Numbered from the stretch's first letter, positions 19,905 through 31,593 are shown. The stretch is 64,000 bases of DNA from Neophaeotheca triangularis (GCA_054600435.1 BAAIJX010000027.1:124001-188000), one strand, 5' to 3'. The notes: generated by a model not told the origin, from the letters alone. Translations and numbers: made by a program.

Positions 19905-22900
19905 ATGCCAGTTCGAAAGAAAGATGGCCCCCGCCATTTCAAAGGGGGTCATACAGGGGGTATGCATCAGAAGGTCAAGACCGTCGACGCTTCTTCTCTG
20001 AGAGCCTCCGAACAAACATCTCAAAACGAGAAGCTGGAGGCTACGCGACTCGCACACAGCATCGACGAGCGGATGGGCTTTGAACGCTTCGAGGCCGGCA
20101 AGAAGCGCGTGGGATGGCTCTGCAACATGCATTCAACGTCGTTAGAGGACGAAAAGGTTCCAGGCGGAAGGGCTGCCGTCGACTACTACTTCATCGAGGA
20201 AGACGGAGGCACGTTCAAGGCGAGCGTCGAGTACGACCCATACTTCTTCATCGCAGTAAAGAGGGGGAAAGAAGCAGAAGTCGAGGAATGGTGCCGAAGA
20301 ACTTTCGAAGGGCTTGTCAAGAGCGTGGAGAGGATGGAGAAGGAGGATCTGAAAATGCCGAATCATTTGCTTGGATTCCGGAGAACCTTCTTGCGGCTGA
20401 CTTTCGCCAACGTCAACGATCTGCTGGCTGTCAGGAGAACCATCATGCCAATCGCTGAGAAGAACAAGTCAAAAGTCAGTGTCATGGATACCTACGCCGA
20501 AGTGGCAAGCGCCAATGCTGGATTTGACATGTTCGACGATGATATCGAAAGCGGCCGGAGACCTACAGCGCTGGCAGATGCCGCGGACTTCATCGTTGAC
20601 ATCCGCGAGTATGACGTTCCATACCACGTCCGAGTGGCTATAGACAAGGATATCCGGGTCGGGAAGTGGTACAACGTCGAAGCGAAGCATGGTCGTATCT
20701 CACTATCTTGCATAGAAGAGCGATTGCAACGTGCTGACCCCATCGTCATGGCCTTTGACATCGAAACGACCAAGCTTCCTCTGAAGTTTCCAGACGCCGC
20801 CATTGATCAGGTTATGATGATATCTTATATGATTGATGGGCAAGGGTTCCTCATCACCAACCGCGAGATTGTGAGCGAAGACATTCAAGACTTTGAGTAC
20901 ACGCCCAAGCCGGAATTCGACGGACCTTTCCTTATTTTCAACGAGCCAAACGAGGAGGCTGTTCTGGAACGCTTCTTCGACTGCATAAAAGAATCTCGAC
21001 CCACCATCATATCTACCTACAACGGTGACTTCTTTGACTGGCCCTTTGTAGAAGCCAGAGCCAGCGTACATGGGATCGACATGTATGCTGAGATAGGTTT
21101 CCGCAAAAACAGTGAGGATATTTACCAATCCGACTACTGCGCCCATATGGATGCGTTTGCCTGGGTCAACCGCGATTCCTACCTTCCACAAGGATCCCGT
21201 GGTCTCAAAGCCGTGACAGTGGCCAAATTGGGCTATGATCCGGATGAACTGGACCCGGAGCTGATGACGCCGTATGCGCAAGAGCGACCTCAGACCCTCG
21301 CGGAGTACTCCGTGTCTGATGCAGTGGCGACATACTACCTGTACATGAAGTATGTACATCCTTTCATCTTCTCACTTTGCACCATCATCCCGCTAGGCCC
21401 GGATGATGTGCTGAGGAAGGGTACTGGAACACTCTGTGAAATGTTGTTGATGGTACAAGCCTATCAGAAAGAGATCATTTTGCCGAACAAGCACCAAGCT
21501 CCGAGGGAAGCTTTCTGGGAGGGTCACCTGCTCGAGTCTGAGACTTATGTTGGTGGTCATGTCGAAAGTATAGAAGCTGGTGTCTTTCGAAGCGACATCC
21601 CCAACAACTTTGCCGTTGATCCGACAGCCATTGAGGAGCTGCAGAACGATCTGGATGCGGCCCTGAGGTTCGTGATAGAGGTTGAGGAAAAGAAGAGCAT
21701 GGACGACGTCGAGAACTTCGATGAAGTCAAAGCCCAGATTTTCGCGAAACTGCAACAGCTCAAGGATACACCGAACCGTAGCGAGCGGCCTTCAATCTAC
21801 CACTTGGACGTTGCGTCCATGTATCCTAACATCATGACGACGAATCGTTTGCAACCAGACAGCATGATCGACGAGTCCGATTGCGCGGCCTGCGATTTCA
21901 ACCGGCCTGGCAAAACCTGCGACCGACGTATGCCGTGGTCGTGGCGAGGTGAATTTCTCCCGGCGAAACGGGATGAATATAACATGATTCGACACGCTCT
22001 CGAAAACGAGCGCTTCCCCGCTCGTAACCCCAATGGGCTTGCGCGCGCTTTTCAGGACTTGAGCCTGGACGAGCAGACAGGTTTGGTGAAGAAGCGCCTA
22101 ACGGACTACAGCAAGAAGATCTACCACAAGATTCACGACGCCAAAACCATTGAGCGAGAGGCAATCATATGTCAACGTGAGAACCCCTTCTACGTTGACA
22201 CAGTCAAGGACTTCCGAGATCGACGGTACGACTTCAAAGGCAAGCAGAAAGTCTGGAAGAACAAGACGTCGGATCTTGAGAATGCTGGAGCTGCCACCCT
22301 TGAGATTGAGGAGGCCAAGAAGATGATCGTACTGTTTGACTCGCTACAACTCGCACACAAGGTTATCTTGAACTCCTTCTACGGCTATGTAATGCGAAAA
22401 GGCAGTCGATGGTACAGCATGGAGATGGCAGGTGTCACGTGTTTAACGGGAGCCCGAATCATTCAGATGGCCAGGCAGCTAGTCGAGCGCATCGGGAGGC
22501 CGTTGGAGCTTGATACTGATGGTATCTGGTGTATACTGCCTGCCACATTCCCGGAAAACTTCTCCTTCAAAATGAAAAATGGCAAAAAGCTCGCCATCTC
22601 GTATCCTTGCGTCATGCTGAACCACCTGGTACACGACAGCTTCACCAACCACCAGTATCAGACGCTCAAAGACCAGAGCACATTCCGCTACGAGACACAC
22701 AGTGACAACACCATCTTCTTTGAAGTGGATGGACCATACAAGGCCATGATCCTACCGACGAGCAAAGAAGAGGACAAGAACTTGAAGAAACGTTATGCGG
22801 TGTTCAACAACGATGGCAGCTTAGCTGAGCTCAAGGGATTCGAGATCAAGAGAAGAGGCGAGCTGAAACTTATCAAAATCTTCCAGCAACAAATATTCAA

Positions 22901-25900
22901 GTTCTTTCTCGAAGGCAGCACCCTCACGGAGACCTATGCTTCGGTTGCAAAAGTTGCGAACAAGTGGCTCGACGTGCTACACAGCCATGGCTCGACTCTT
23001 GCTGACGAAGAGCTCATCGATCTTATTTGCGAGAACAAGAGTATGACGAAGACTCTGGAGGAGTACGGTGCGCAGAAGAGCACGGCAATTACGACCGCCA
23101 AGCGTCTGGCAGAGTTCTTGGGAGAGCAAATGGTCAAAGACAAGGGTCTCAACTGCAAGTACATCATTTGCTCGCGACCGAGAAACTCTCCTGTGACCGA
23201 TCGTGCCATTCCGGTCGCCATCTTCAGTGCTGAGGAGAGTGTCAAACGCCATTACTTGAGAAAATGGATGAAAGAAGATCCTGGAGACATGGACCCTCGA
23301 AACACCATCGACTGGGACTACTACTTGGAGCGTCTGGGCTCTGTCATCCAAAAGCTCATCACGATTCCCGCGGCTTTACAGAAGGTACGGAACCCTGTTC
23401 CACGCGTGCCGCATCCCGACTGGCTTGAAAGAAGGATCCGAATAAAGGACGATGTGTTCAAGCAAAAGAAGATGACGGACATGTTTGAGAAGAAACCACT
23501 CAGCGAGCTGGATCCTAACGCCTTGAATCCACGTCTCGCAGGCGATCTTGAGGACTACGGTAGCACACAAATGGCGAAGCTCACCAAGCCAGCTGCCTCG
23601 AAACTTATTAGCTCACAAGCGCAAAAGCGAAAAGTTGAAGAGGCAGCTCCCGCGAATCCGTATGACGCTCTGCCAGCTGAGATGCCTTCAATTACAGAGG
23701 ACTACCAGGGCTGGCTCAGGTATCAAAAGCAGAAGTGGAAGATTCAACGGCAAGCCCGCAAGCGTCGCCGTCAGCTTTTCGGCGAGAAACGGCAAGACGC
23801 TACCGACTCCATAGGAACGCTATTCCGGGCTCAGGCTGAAGTTCTCTACACGGCGGATTGGCAGATCCTGCAGCTGCAGGAGACTGAGATACCAGGAGAG
23901 GTCAAGGCGTTCGTGCTGATTGGCCAAAAGGTGCACCAGATCAAGATATTAGTGCCTCGACAAGTGTGGCTGAATCTCAAAGAAGAAGAGCTACCAGATG
24001 TGGACGTCAAGGGCGTGAAAGCAGAGAAAGTCGTCAACTGGACGCTACCGAACGGACACCCTTCAGCGCACCTGTTCAAGCTGGTGATGCCAGAGCAGGT
24101 GTACGTCAAGGAAACTGAAAAGCTGGATATGCTTTTCAACCACCCCAGCGTCGAAGGCGTGTACGAAAAGCAGGTGCCACTGAACATACGAGCCCTGCTA
24201 GATCTTGGTTGCAGCTGCACATTCGACGCCAGTCAAAGAGGTGTGCTAGGCAAAGGTCTCGAGCAGGGTTTTGACCTTTCTGCACTTCACACCGTTCCAT
24301 CGAAGCAGCCTTACATGTCAAGCGCGGATCTAAGCTATCTTGCATTGTATCACATCAGCACCGGCGAACGTCAGATTTACGCGCTGTTCTCGTCGACCCA
24401 GCCCGAGGCGAAGATCATCGTGCTGAACCGCGCGAGGAGCGAGCAAGGCATGCCCAACGTCGATCGCATCTACAAAGACATGCTGGAACGCAAACTTGAA
24501 GAAGCGGGTGGCCAGCCGTGGCAAGAAGTCATTGAATACCCTGACAGCATGCACTTCAAGACAGTCCAGGTCTCGACGCATAGACGTGCGCTGCAGGAGC
24601 TCGCGGACGGAGTCAAGAAAGTGCAAAAAGAAGAGACGAAGCCCGTCATGCTCGTTTTGCAGAGCCAGAGCGCGCAACTACTGATCCATGACTTGCCGAT
24701 CTTGCAGGGCATGCCTCTCCTCAAGCTTAAACCACAAGAAAACGACAAGGCATTGCCGCCACTCGGGTGGCAGAACTTTGTTGCGAAAACTCTAGTGAGC
24801 CATTACCTTGACCTCGGATTGTGGGTTTCGCATTTGGTTGCTTTCTCCAGGTATGGCAACGTGCCACTGTGCAACCTCGAGAGCGACGATCCTCGCTTTT
24901 TGATCGACATTGCGTACGCCAGGCGGCTTCAAAAAGAGCGCATTGTACTTTGGTGGTCGGAAGATGCCCGACCGGATCATGCAGGCCATGAGAAGGACGA
25001 CGTTCTCAGCGCCATGGAGTCTATCGAGATGCCTTCAGTCAATACGCCAGGAACATACTCCTCCGTTTGCATCGATCTGTCGGTAAAGAACCTGGCTATC
25101 AACACCATATTGTCATCGGCGGTTCTGAACGATGCCGAGGGAAGCAGCGATCCCATTGGCATTTCTGGAGCCGGCGCGCAAGAGGATGCTCTCGACGAGA
25201 CCAACCAGAACCTCCAGTCTGAGAATTCGTTCGCCACTGCCGGAGTCGATGCATTACGAGCCATGGTCCGTTCCTGGTGGCAAGAGGCGTGTTCTAGCAA
25301 GGGCAGTACCATGGCCGACGTACTTGTCCAACATCTGGTCCGCTGGGTGGAAAGTCCGAGCTCGCGACTGTTTGATCGCAATCTGCTCTACTACGTGCAA
25401 ATGATGTCTCGGAAAGCTCTTCAGCAATTGATGTCTGAGTTCCGGCGAGTGGGATCTCACATTGTCTTTGCTTCACCAGGCCGTCTACTACTCCAGACGT
25501 CAAAGGCCGAAGTCGGAAATGCTTATGCTTACAGCCAGTACATTCTCAAGACAGTGTCATCGAAGCCCGCATTCCACTTCCTCGACCTGGCCATCACGGA
25601 ATACTGGGACTATCTAGCGTGGTACGACGAATTCAACTATGGTGGCAAAGGATGCACTGAGGTTGTCGAAGCGGATAACCAGAGACTGGACACTATCATG
25701 CACTGGCAGTTTGCGACTTTCCTGCCTTCGATACTGCAGCCAAACTTCAACGACTGGATTGTCGAGTACATTGAGCTGATGCATCAACGCAAACGTCCAA
25801 TGGGTTCGGATGGCACTCAGCGGCCAACCCAACTGCCCATACACGCTGCCGTGTTCAACTCTGAAAAAGAAGACCAAACCACCCCTGGCAATGTGCTGGC

Positions 25901-26588
25901 AAAGTCATTCTCAAAACCCCTACACAAGCAGATCGCCGCGCTCATCAAGCGACAGCGTACGGAAGCCATGCACGAAGAACTAGCCGCAGACTGGACGTTC
26001 CCGACAATGCCCGGCTCACACCTACGCATGCAGAACCCAGTACTCGAGCTCGTCAAGAGCATCATGCAAGTGCTGAGCCTGGACAAGTCCGTGCAGCTCG
26101 AAGCCAGACTATTGCGAAAGGAGCTCCTCCAGCTATTCGAGATCCGAGAATTCAGCGCTGAAGGTGCTTTCAGCAACCCCAGCACCAGCCTGACGATCAA
26201 ACAGCTTAGCTGCCCGGATTGTTGCGTGCCCAAAGACATCGACCTGTGTCGTGACGCCGACTTGACGCCTACGGGGCAAGCGCCAACGCTGGCGCCGAAG
26301 TGCGACAACTGCGATCATGTCTTTGACAGATTGGGCATTGAAGAGCGGTTGCTGGCAGACGTGCAGATGGTGGTTGTACGATGGATGACGCAGGACCTCA
26401 AGTGCAAGAAATGCGCAAGGATACGGAGTAATGAATTCATGGAGCACTGCGCTTGTGCTGGCGAATGGGTTGCTACGGTGAAGAGAGATGACATTACGAA
26501 GAAGTTGAGGGTTTATGAGGCCGCTGCGAACTTTTATGGGTTGAGGATGCTGGGTGGCGTTGTTGAGGATGTTTTGAAGGGCATGTAG
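19905..26588 (+). CDS. POL2: DNA polymerase epsilon catalytic subunit A
   Basis: Intronless 2227 aa. ExoI FDIETTK, polymerase motifs DVASMYPNI, KVILNSFYGY and ELDTDGIW, CysX CAACDFNRPGKTC, and C-terminal Cys clusters. Confidence 0.98.
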   Translation: MPVRKKDGPRHFKGGHTGGMHQKVKTVDASSLRASEQTSQNEKLEATRLAHSIDERMGFERFEAGKKRVGWLCNMHSTSLEDEKVPGGRAAVDYYFIEEDGGTFKASVEYDPYFFIAVKRGKEAEVEEWCRRTFEGLVKSVERMEKEDLKMPNHLLGFRRTFLRLTFANVNDLLAVRRTIMPIAEKNKSKVSVMDTYAEVASANAGFDMFDDDIESGRRPTALADAADFIVDIREYDVPYHVRVAIDKDIRVGKWYNVEAKHGRISLSCIEERLQRADPIVMAFDIETTKLPLKFPDAAIDQVMMISYMIDGQGFLITNREIVSEDIQDFEYTPKPEFDGPFLIFNEPNEEAVLERFFDCIKESRPTIISTYNGDFFDWPFVEARASVHGIDMYAEIGFRKNSEDIYQSDYCAHMDAFAWVNRDSYLPQGSRGLKAVTVAKLGYDPDELDPELMTPYAQERPQTLAEYSVSDAVATYYLYMKYVHPFIFSLCTIIPLGPDDVLRKGTGTLCEMLLMVQAYQKEIILPNKHQAPREAFWEGHLLESETYVGGHVESIEAGVFRSDIPNNFAVDPTAIEELQNDLDAALRFVIEVEEKKSMDDVENFDEVKAQIFAKLQQLKDTPNRSERPSIYHLDVASMYPNIMTTNRLQPDSMIDESDCAACDFNRPGKTCDRRMPWSWRGEFLPAKRDEYNMIRHALENERFPARNPNGLARAFQDLSLDEQTGLVKKRLTDYSKKIYHKIHDAKTIEREAIICQRENPFYVDTVKDFRDRRYDFKGKQKVWKNKTSDLENAGAATLEIEEAKKMIVLFDSLQLAHKVILNSFYGYVMRKGSRWYSMEMAGVTCLTGARIIQMARQLVERIGRPLELDTDGIWCILPATFPENFSFKMKNGKKLAISYPCVMLNHLVHDSFTNHQYQTLKDQSTFRYETHSDNTIFFEVDGPYKAMILPTSKEEDKNLKKRYAVFNNDGSLAELKGFEIKRRGELKLIKIFQQQIFKFFLEGSTLTETYASVAKVANKWLDVLHSHGSTLADEELIDLICENKSMTKTLEEYGAQKSTAITTAKRLAEFLGEQMVKDKGLNCKYIICSRPRNSPVTDRAIPVAIFSAEESVKRHYLRKWMKEDPGDMDPRNTIDWDYYLERLGSVIQKLITIPAALQKVRNPVPRVPHPDWLERRIRIKDDVFKQKKMTDMFEKKPLSELDPNALNPRLAGDLEDYGSTQMAKLTKPAASKLISSQAQKRKVEEAAPANPYDALPAEMPSITEDYQGWLRYQKQKWKIQRQARKRRRQLFGEKRQDATDSIGTLFRAQAEVLYTADWQILQLQETEIPGEVKAFVLIGQKVHQIKILVPRQVWLNLKEEELPDVDVKGVKAEKVVNWTLPNGHPSAHLFKLVMPEQVYVKETEKLDMLFNHPSVEGVYEKQVPLNIRALLDLGCSCTFDASQRGVLGKGLEQGFDLSALHTVPSKQPYMSSADLSYLALYHISTGERQIYALFSSTQPEAKIIVLNRARSEQGMPNVDRIYKDMLERKLEEAGGQPWQEVIEYPDSMHFKTVQVSTHRRALQELADGVKKVQKEETKPVMLVLQSQSAQLLIHDLPILQGMPLLKLKPQENDKALPPLGWQNFVAKTLVSHYLDLGLWVSHLVAFSRYGNVPLCNLESDDPRFLIDIAYARRLQKERIVLWWSEDARPDHAGHEKDDVLSAMESIEMPSVNTPGTYSSVCIDLSVKNLAINTILSSAVLNDAEGSSDPIGISGAGAQEDALDETNQNLQSENSFATAGVDALRAMVRSWWQEACSSKGSTMADVLVQHLVRWVESPSSRLFDRNLLYYVQMMSRKALQQLMSEFRRVGSHIVFASPGRLLLQTSKAEVGNAYAYSQYILKTVSSKPAFHFLDLAITEYWDYLAWYDEFNYGGKGCTEVVEADNQRLDTIMHWQFATFLPSILQPNFNDWIVEYIELMHQRKRPMGSDGTQRPTQLPIHAAVFNSEKEDQTTPGNVLAKSFSKPLHKQIAALIKRQRTEAMHEELAADWTFPTMPGSHLRMQNPVLELVKSIMQVLSLDKSVQLEARLLRKELLQLFEIREFSAEGAFSNPSTSLTIKQLSCPDCCVPKDIDLCRDADLTPTGQAPTLAPKCDNCDHVFDRLGIEERLLADVQMVVVRWMTQDLKCKKCARIRSNEFMEHCACAGEWVATVKRDDITKKLRVYEAAANFYGLRMLGGVVEDVLKGM

Positions 26589-27128
26589 GGAGGGGAGTGT
26601 TTGGTGTGGCTTTTTGATATCCATGGTAGCGATGGCGTTTTTGGTTGGTGCTGTGAGTGGTTTACTAGATAGACGGTGTTTTGCTCGATCAATCGAATAA
26701 AATGCCTGTGGGTGTTGTCAACGTCCATTGTCTTCACCGTGCACGTGACTGTGCAGACTTCCAGCCCCCCACGCGAGCGAGAGTCTCGACGCCCTCCCGT
26801 CCCGTCTCGTCTCGTGAGGTGTCTCCAGGGCGAAACACGTGGAGGTGGATTGCGTTCCACTTGGCAACGACATGACACGCGGGCGTCGTCCGGTCCGGCC
26901 AGGGTCCTGCGACGTCACTCCCTCCATTATTACCTACCGGGCTATCTAGACCTTGGGTACCTACCTTCTACCTTACCTTCCTAACCTTACTTGTGCTCCC
27001 CAACAGTCTTGACCTTGTCTTAACACAACCTCGCCTTCCTCTACCAACAACACACTAACCTACTTCTACTGCTACCACACACCGCCCGACTTAGATACTC
27101 CAATCGCATCCTCCACCAAGCCGCCAAC

Positions 27129-28157
27129 ATGTCTGGCCCCCCGCAGACCTTCATAAACCTCCCACCCCCACCATCAGACCCCGTAACACCCTCCGACGTG
27201 CCGTAAGTAACAAACCGAGAACTCTCCCTTCTTCTCCACCTTGAACCACGAAAAACCTCACACGGCTAACCCTCCAGATCCCGCAGCGGCACCCCAAACT
27301 CCACCACAACCTCAATGTCCGAGCTGAGCACCGTAGCCATCAAAGACGGACACCGCGGGCACCTACCCCACCACCACGGCGCCAGCACTACGCCAACCTC
27401 CTCCCTCGGCCAAACGCTCGACGCCGAGCGCGCAGACCGCATCTCACGCCTGGCGGGCCTCGAGCGCGTCACCACCGCCCGCAACCCCACTCCCCTCGGC
27501 AACCTGACCCCCGGTGCCACTGCTCCGCCTCAACAAGCCTACGGCGCCGGCTCGACCGTCTCGGGTTACCCCAACGCGACTGGTGCTACGCCCACGCAAC
27601 CTCTCGGCTATTTCGACGCCAGCGGCAACCCCGTCATGGGTCGCGAGCGCAGCACCGTCGGTTCCGCCAGCGCGACCGGGAGTGTAGGCGGCCGCACGAC
27701 GTGGGCGGGTAGCGAGGCAGGTGAATTGGACAAGATGAGTGAGTCGCAGGACATGGACATGGACGTGGAGAACGAGAACGCATCGTCCGTAGGCGAGGGA
27801 CCCATGTCAGAGGAGGGCGCGGCGTCGCTGGTGGGTTTTGGCGAGGGAGCGCGCACACCCGCGAGGCAGAGCACCATCTCCAGTCCTGGACTTGGTGGGC
27901 TGGGCGGGGCTGGGGGCAATGGCAAGACGCCTACGAGTGTCAGGGAGGCCAAGATGATTGATGGCATGAGCTATGACGCTGGCGTTGTGGATACCACGAC
28001 CATGGCGGGCGCTGCAAGGGGGACGGGGAGGAGTGGAGAGGGCGCGGATGCGGCGGAGAGGATTATGAGGGAGAACATGGACACTACAAGCGCCGATCGC
28101 ATGCATGGTGGGAATGCGCACGCTGGGGATTTGGGCAAGTTCGGGTTTGAGAAATAG
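27129..28157 (+). CDS. Conserved low-complexity fungal protein (resembles RfeF-type putative regulators)
   Basis: ATG 27129 and an intron from 27203 to an acceptor at 27277 or 27286 (both in frame). Motifs LPPPPSDPVTPSD, GTPNSTTTS.S.LST.AIKDGH, ADRISRLAGLERV and SLVGFGEGA. The family name is from memory only. Confidence 0.75.
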
Positions 28158-28687
28158 ACGGGTGTTGATGGATGACTATGAAGCGTGGTGAGGAACTCTT
28201 TTCATTGATGGTCGTTCTTTGCAAGGCGTTGAAGAGGTGTGGTTTAGGCCTCGGGAGTTTGCGTAGTTACTCCTATCCGTGGACGCGAGTCGTTCTTTCA
28301 TGGAGAAATTGTTGTCACGAAAGATTGCTACGGGAGATGATACCTCGGGTACGGCAGCGTTTATGCCACCAGCGAATCAAGGCGTCTTGTTTGCAATTTG
28401 TTCCCATTTTGTAGTTTGGGAACATGTCTCTCACGAGAGGGACTTCGGAGGCAGCTACAGCGGCAAGGCTTGTGCCCAACGAGGAAAGGAGGTCTCGGTG
28501 AAGCAACGAAAGCAGTTTGTATTAAAGCGGATGTATTCTAAAACCCAACGCCAAAAACAAATATCATTCTGGACCGAGCTACTGCTTTCTAAAAACCAAA
28601 GGCCCCAACCCAAAGCAGCCTCCTTGTGCGGTGTAAGTTGTCGTATGTTCAGCTTCACAGGCTGTACCCTGTCGAGCGCCAATCACT

Positions 28688-30599
28688 TTACATGAGCAAA
28701 GCGGCAGCACCGAAGAGGCCCGGGATCTGGAATCGAGCTGCCGCTCCCTCCATTGCCGACTCTTGCTCGTCCACTGGGGCAGTCATCGACATCGACTTGG
28801 TGCAGCTCTTGGTGGACGTCTTGGTTGGCGTGTGAACGGTGCCGTTACCGGAGCCTGAGAAAGACTTGCTGTTCGTGATCATCGGTGGCATTGATTCGGT
28901 CATGGCCGTGGAGGTCTTCTCACTGCAGCTGGTCGATTCTGTCTCAGTAGTGGTCGTGGAAGAGGCGGGAACGTCGTAGCCTGGCATAGATGGCATTGAA
29001 GAAGTCTTTTTGGTGCAGCTGCTGGGCTGTTCGATCAATGGCCCGGAAGAGGTGCAGGTCTTGGTAGACGTCGGCGGCATTGAAGGGTACTTCTGGGTGC
29101 GGCTGGTGGATGGCTCAACCACGGGTATGGAAGAGGTGCAGGACTTGCTGGAAGCGGGCACCGATGGCATCGAGGGCATTGGGGCGGTCTTTTCGGTGCA
29201 GGTGGTAGACGGCTTCATCACCGGAACCGACGAAGAGCAAGACTTGCTGGAGGCGGGCATCGAGGGCATTGAGACGGTCTTCTTAGTGCAGGTGGTAGAC
29301 GGCTTCGTAATTGGGACCGACGAAGAGCAAGACTTGCTGGAGGCGGGCACAGATGGCATGGAGGCGGTCTTTTCGGTGCAAGTAGTGGATGGCTTCATTG
29401 TTGTGCCAGACTTGGTGGAAGGGCAGCCGGGGAAGGTGAAACTCTTGCAGCTGGCGCACCCGGAGGCCGGAGGATGTGGCAGCGTGGAGCAGTGGCTCGC
29501 CGTGGGCTTGCTTGAACACTCGGAAGAGGACACAGTAGGAGTCGACAGGCGAGGCTTACTGGAAGTTTTCGAGGAGCAATCGGTCGAAGACGTGATGCTC
29601 ACAGGCGGAGTCGGCGTGATGGTCAGAGTCTGCGTCTTAGTCATGGTGTGCGTCTTTGGCGGGCAGGTCTTGCACACGGTCTTGGTGGTCTCGTGGAGGT
29701 AAGTAGCAGTGACTGTCTTGGGAGTGCAGTCTCCTTCGAGGCAATCAAAGTCCATGTTGTCAAAGTCGAGGTATCCCGAGATGCAAAGGCCAAAGCTCTG
29801 AAGTACCGGGCAGTCCTCGTAGTTGTCGGCGTCCCACTCGTCAGATGGGGAGAGGCAAGAGGAAGCAGGGCAGTAAGGGTCGTCGGAGCCAATCGAGCGT
29901 TCTGCAGAGTGTCAGGAGATCAAGCGTGGATTGCGAGGCATGGGGAGGAAGAGGCTTACTGTCCGGGCGGCCATCACCACCGCATAAGCCGTACTTTTGC
30001 AAAATCTTGCAGGCCTGGAACAAGTCAGCTTGGTTTTGATGGGTTTTGTGAGGGTCGAGAAGGCAAGACCTTCTTGTCCTTCTTGCTCAACTCCTTCTAG
30101 GAGTGCTGCATGCAAACGTTGTGGGGGCAGTCGTCAACCTGTGTGTAGGGTCAGTGCTGTAAACAAGCAAGCAAGAGATGTGTAAGCTCACAAGGCCCCA
30201 GTGCTGGTCCATGGCCGTCATGGAGTCGTCCTTAATCCAGGTCGTGGTCTCGTAGCTGCGGGGCGGCTCGGACGTGACGACGTGTTTTGTCGGGATGTGT
30301 TCAATCACGCCAACGCTTCCGACGGGCAGGGGAGGCTGTGTCGTCGTTGTGGACTCGACAATCGAGGTACGTCTTGTTGGGATGCCTTGGAAGGCACTGA
30401 GGATCCTGAGTGGCTGAAAGTCATCTTCGGCGCTGCTGGCGGCGCTGCTGACGGCACTGGCGGCGTTGCTTGCCTGGAGACGTTGGCCAACTGCCTTGCC
30501 TGGAAATGCAATGTCAGTGATGTAAAACTGAGGGGTTTGAGGAGATGGAGACGTGCCAGCGAGAGCGGCGGTGACGAGGGCGGCGATGGCCTGTCGCAT
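28688..30599 (-). CDS. Secreted Ser/Thr/Cys-rich, probably GPI-anchored cell-wall protein; predicted model contains an in-frame TAG
   Basis: Signal peptide MRQAIAALVTAALAGKAVG across a GC-AG intron (30500-30556). Further introns at about 30139-30191, 30016-30069 and 29902-29960. Tandem ~30-aa repeats and a hydrophobic C-terminus (GAAARFQIPGLFGAAALLM). TAG at 30099-30097. Confidence 0.72.
28985..29400 (-). repeat. Intragenic ~90-nt tandem repeat, 3 close and 2 degenerate copies (KPSTTCTEKTASMPSVPASSKSCSSSVP)
   Basis: Repeated at DNA level (gacttgctggaggcgggca...ggtcttttcggtgcaggtggtagacggcttc) and at protein level. Confidence 0.85.
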
Positions 30600-31593
30600 G
30601 TTGGCGGTGCTTGGTCGGGTAAGTGTTGGTGGGGGTAAGACTGCTGGGATGGTAATGCTGCGGGTATGGATGGGGTGGATTGCTGTGCTGGGAAGAGGAA
30701 AGGAAGAAGAAGAAGCTGAGCGTGGGACAGGAGAAGAAGAGGTGGTTTTGTAAAAGAAAAGAAAAGGCCATGTCAACAAAGCGCTCGGACGAAGAGTAAG
30801 GTACCTTGGGAGTGACCACGTAAGGGAGTAGGTAGGGGAGAGCGAGGGAGAGGTAGGTACTAAGGTAGGTACTAAGGTAGGTAGGTGCTAGTAGCGTCTT
30901 ACAAGAGGCAGGTAAGGTGATTGTTGAGTAGGTGCGTATGGAATATGCAGCAGGAATGGGGAACAACAAGGTACTAGTACCTACTGTAGTATCAATTGCC
31001 AGGTAACAGCATCCTGATGAGGCATCTACCTTACTACCTTAAGGTTGTATCTTACCAGGTTAAGTAGGTACAAGTAGGTACCTTAGGCAGCCATTTCAAT
31101 GCCTCAAATGTACCAGTACCTTACAGTACCTACTAGTAGTGAGGCCACCTCATTATACCTTACCGTACCTTAGGTAGGTAGGTAGGTACTACTAGTAGTA
31201 GGTAGGTAGGTAGCCCAGGCAGAAGCCTGGCATCCCTTCGATTGGTCGGGTCATTAGCGAGTAGTTGTTGTTGTCTTGGCGGGTTGAATGCTTCTAGAGT
31301 CATGCCTGCCTCTTTCGTGTGCCAAGACTGTTGCGTACCTACCTACCTAGAAGTTGCCTCCCACGGGAGGTGCCTCGCCTTACCTTATTGACCGACTTCC
31401 ACTTTTACACCTCCCAACTTCCAATACCTTACCTACATACCTTACCTTACCTTACCTTACCGACTTTCATTAAGTTCTTACAGCCTTCAAACTTTCACTC
31501 GTTCATCCGACTCTCTTTCTCTCTCTTTCAACATCTTCCAACCCATCCTCTTCACATCAACCAGCACCAATTGAAGTCGCTTCGCATATCAAG

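Noticed and set aside
19905..26588. Intein or extra domain in Pol2
   Set aside because: Length and motif spacing are ordinary for Pol epsilon, and no intein splice motifs were seen.
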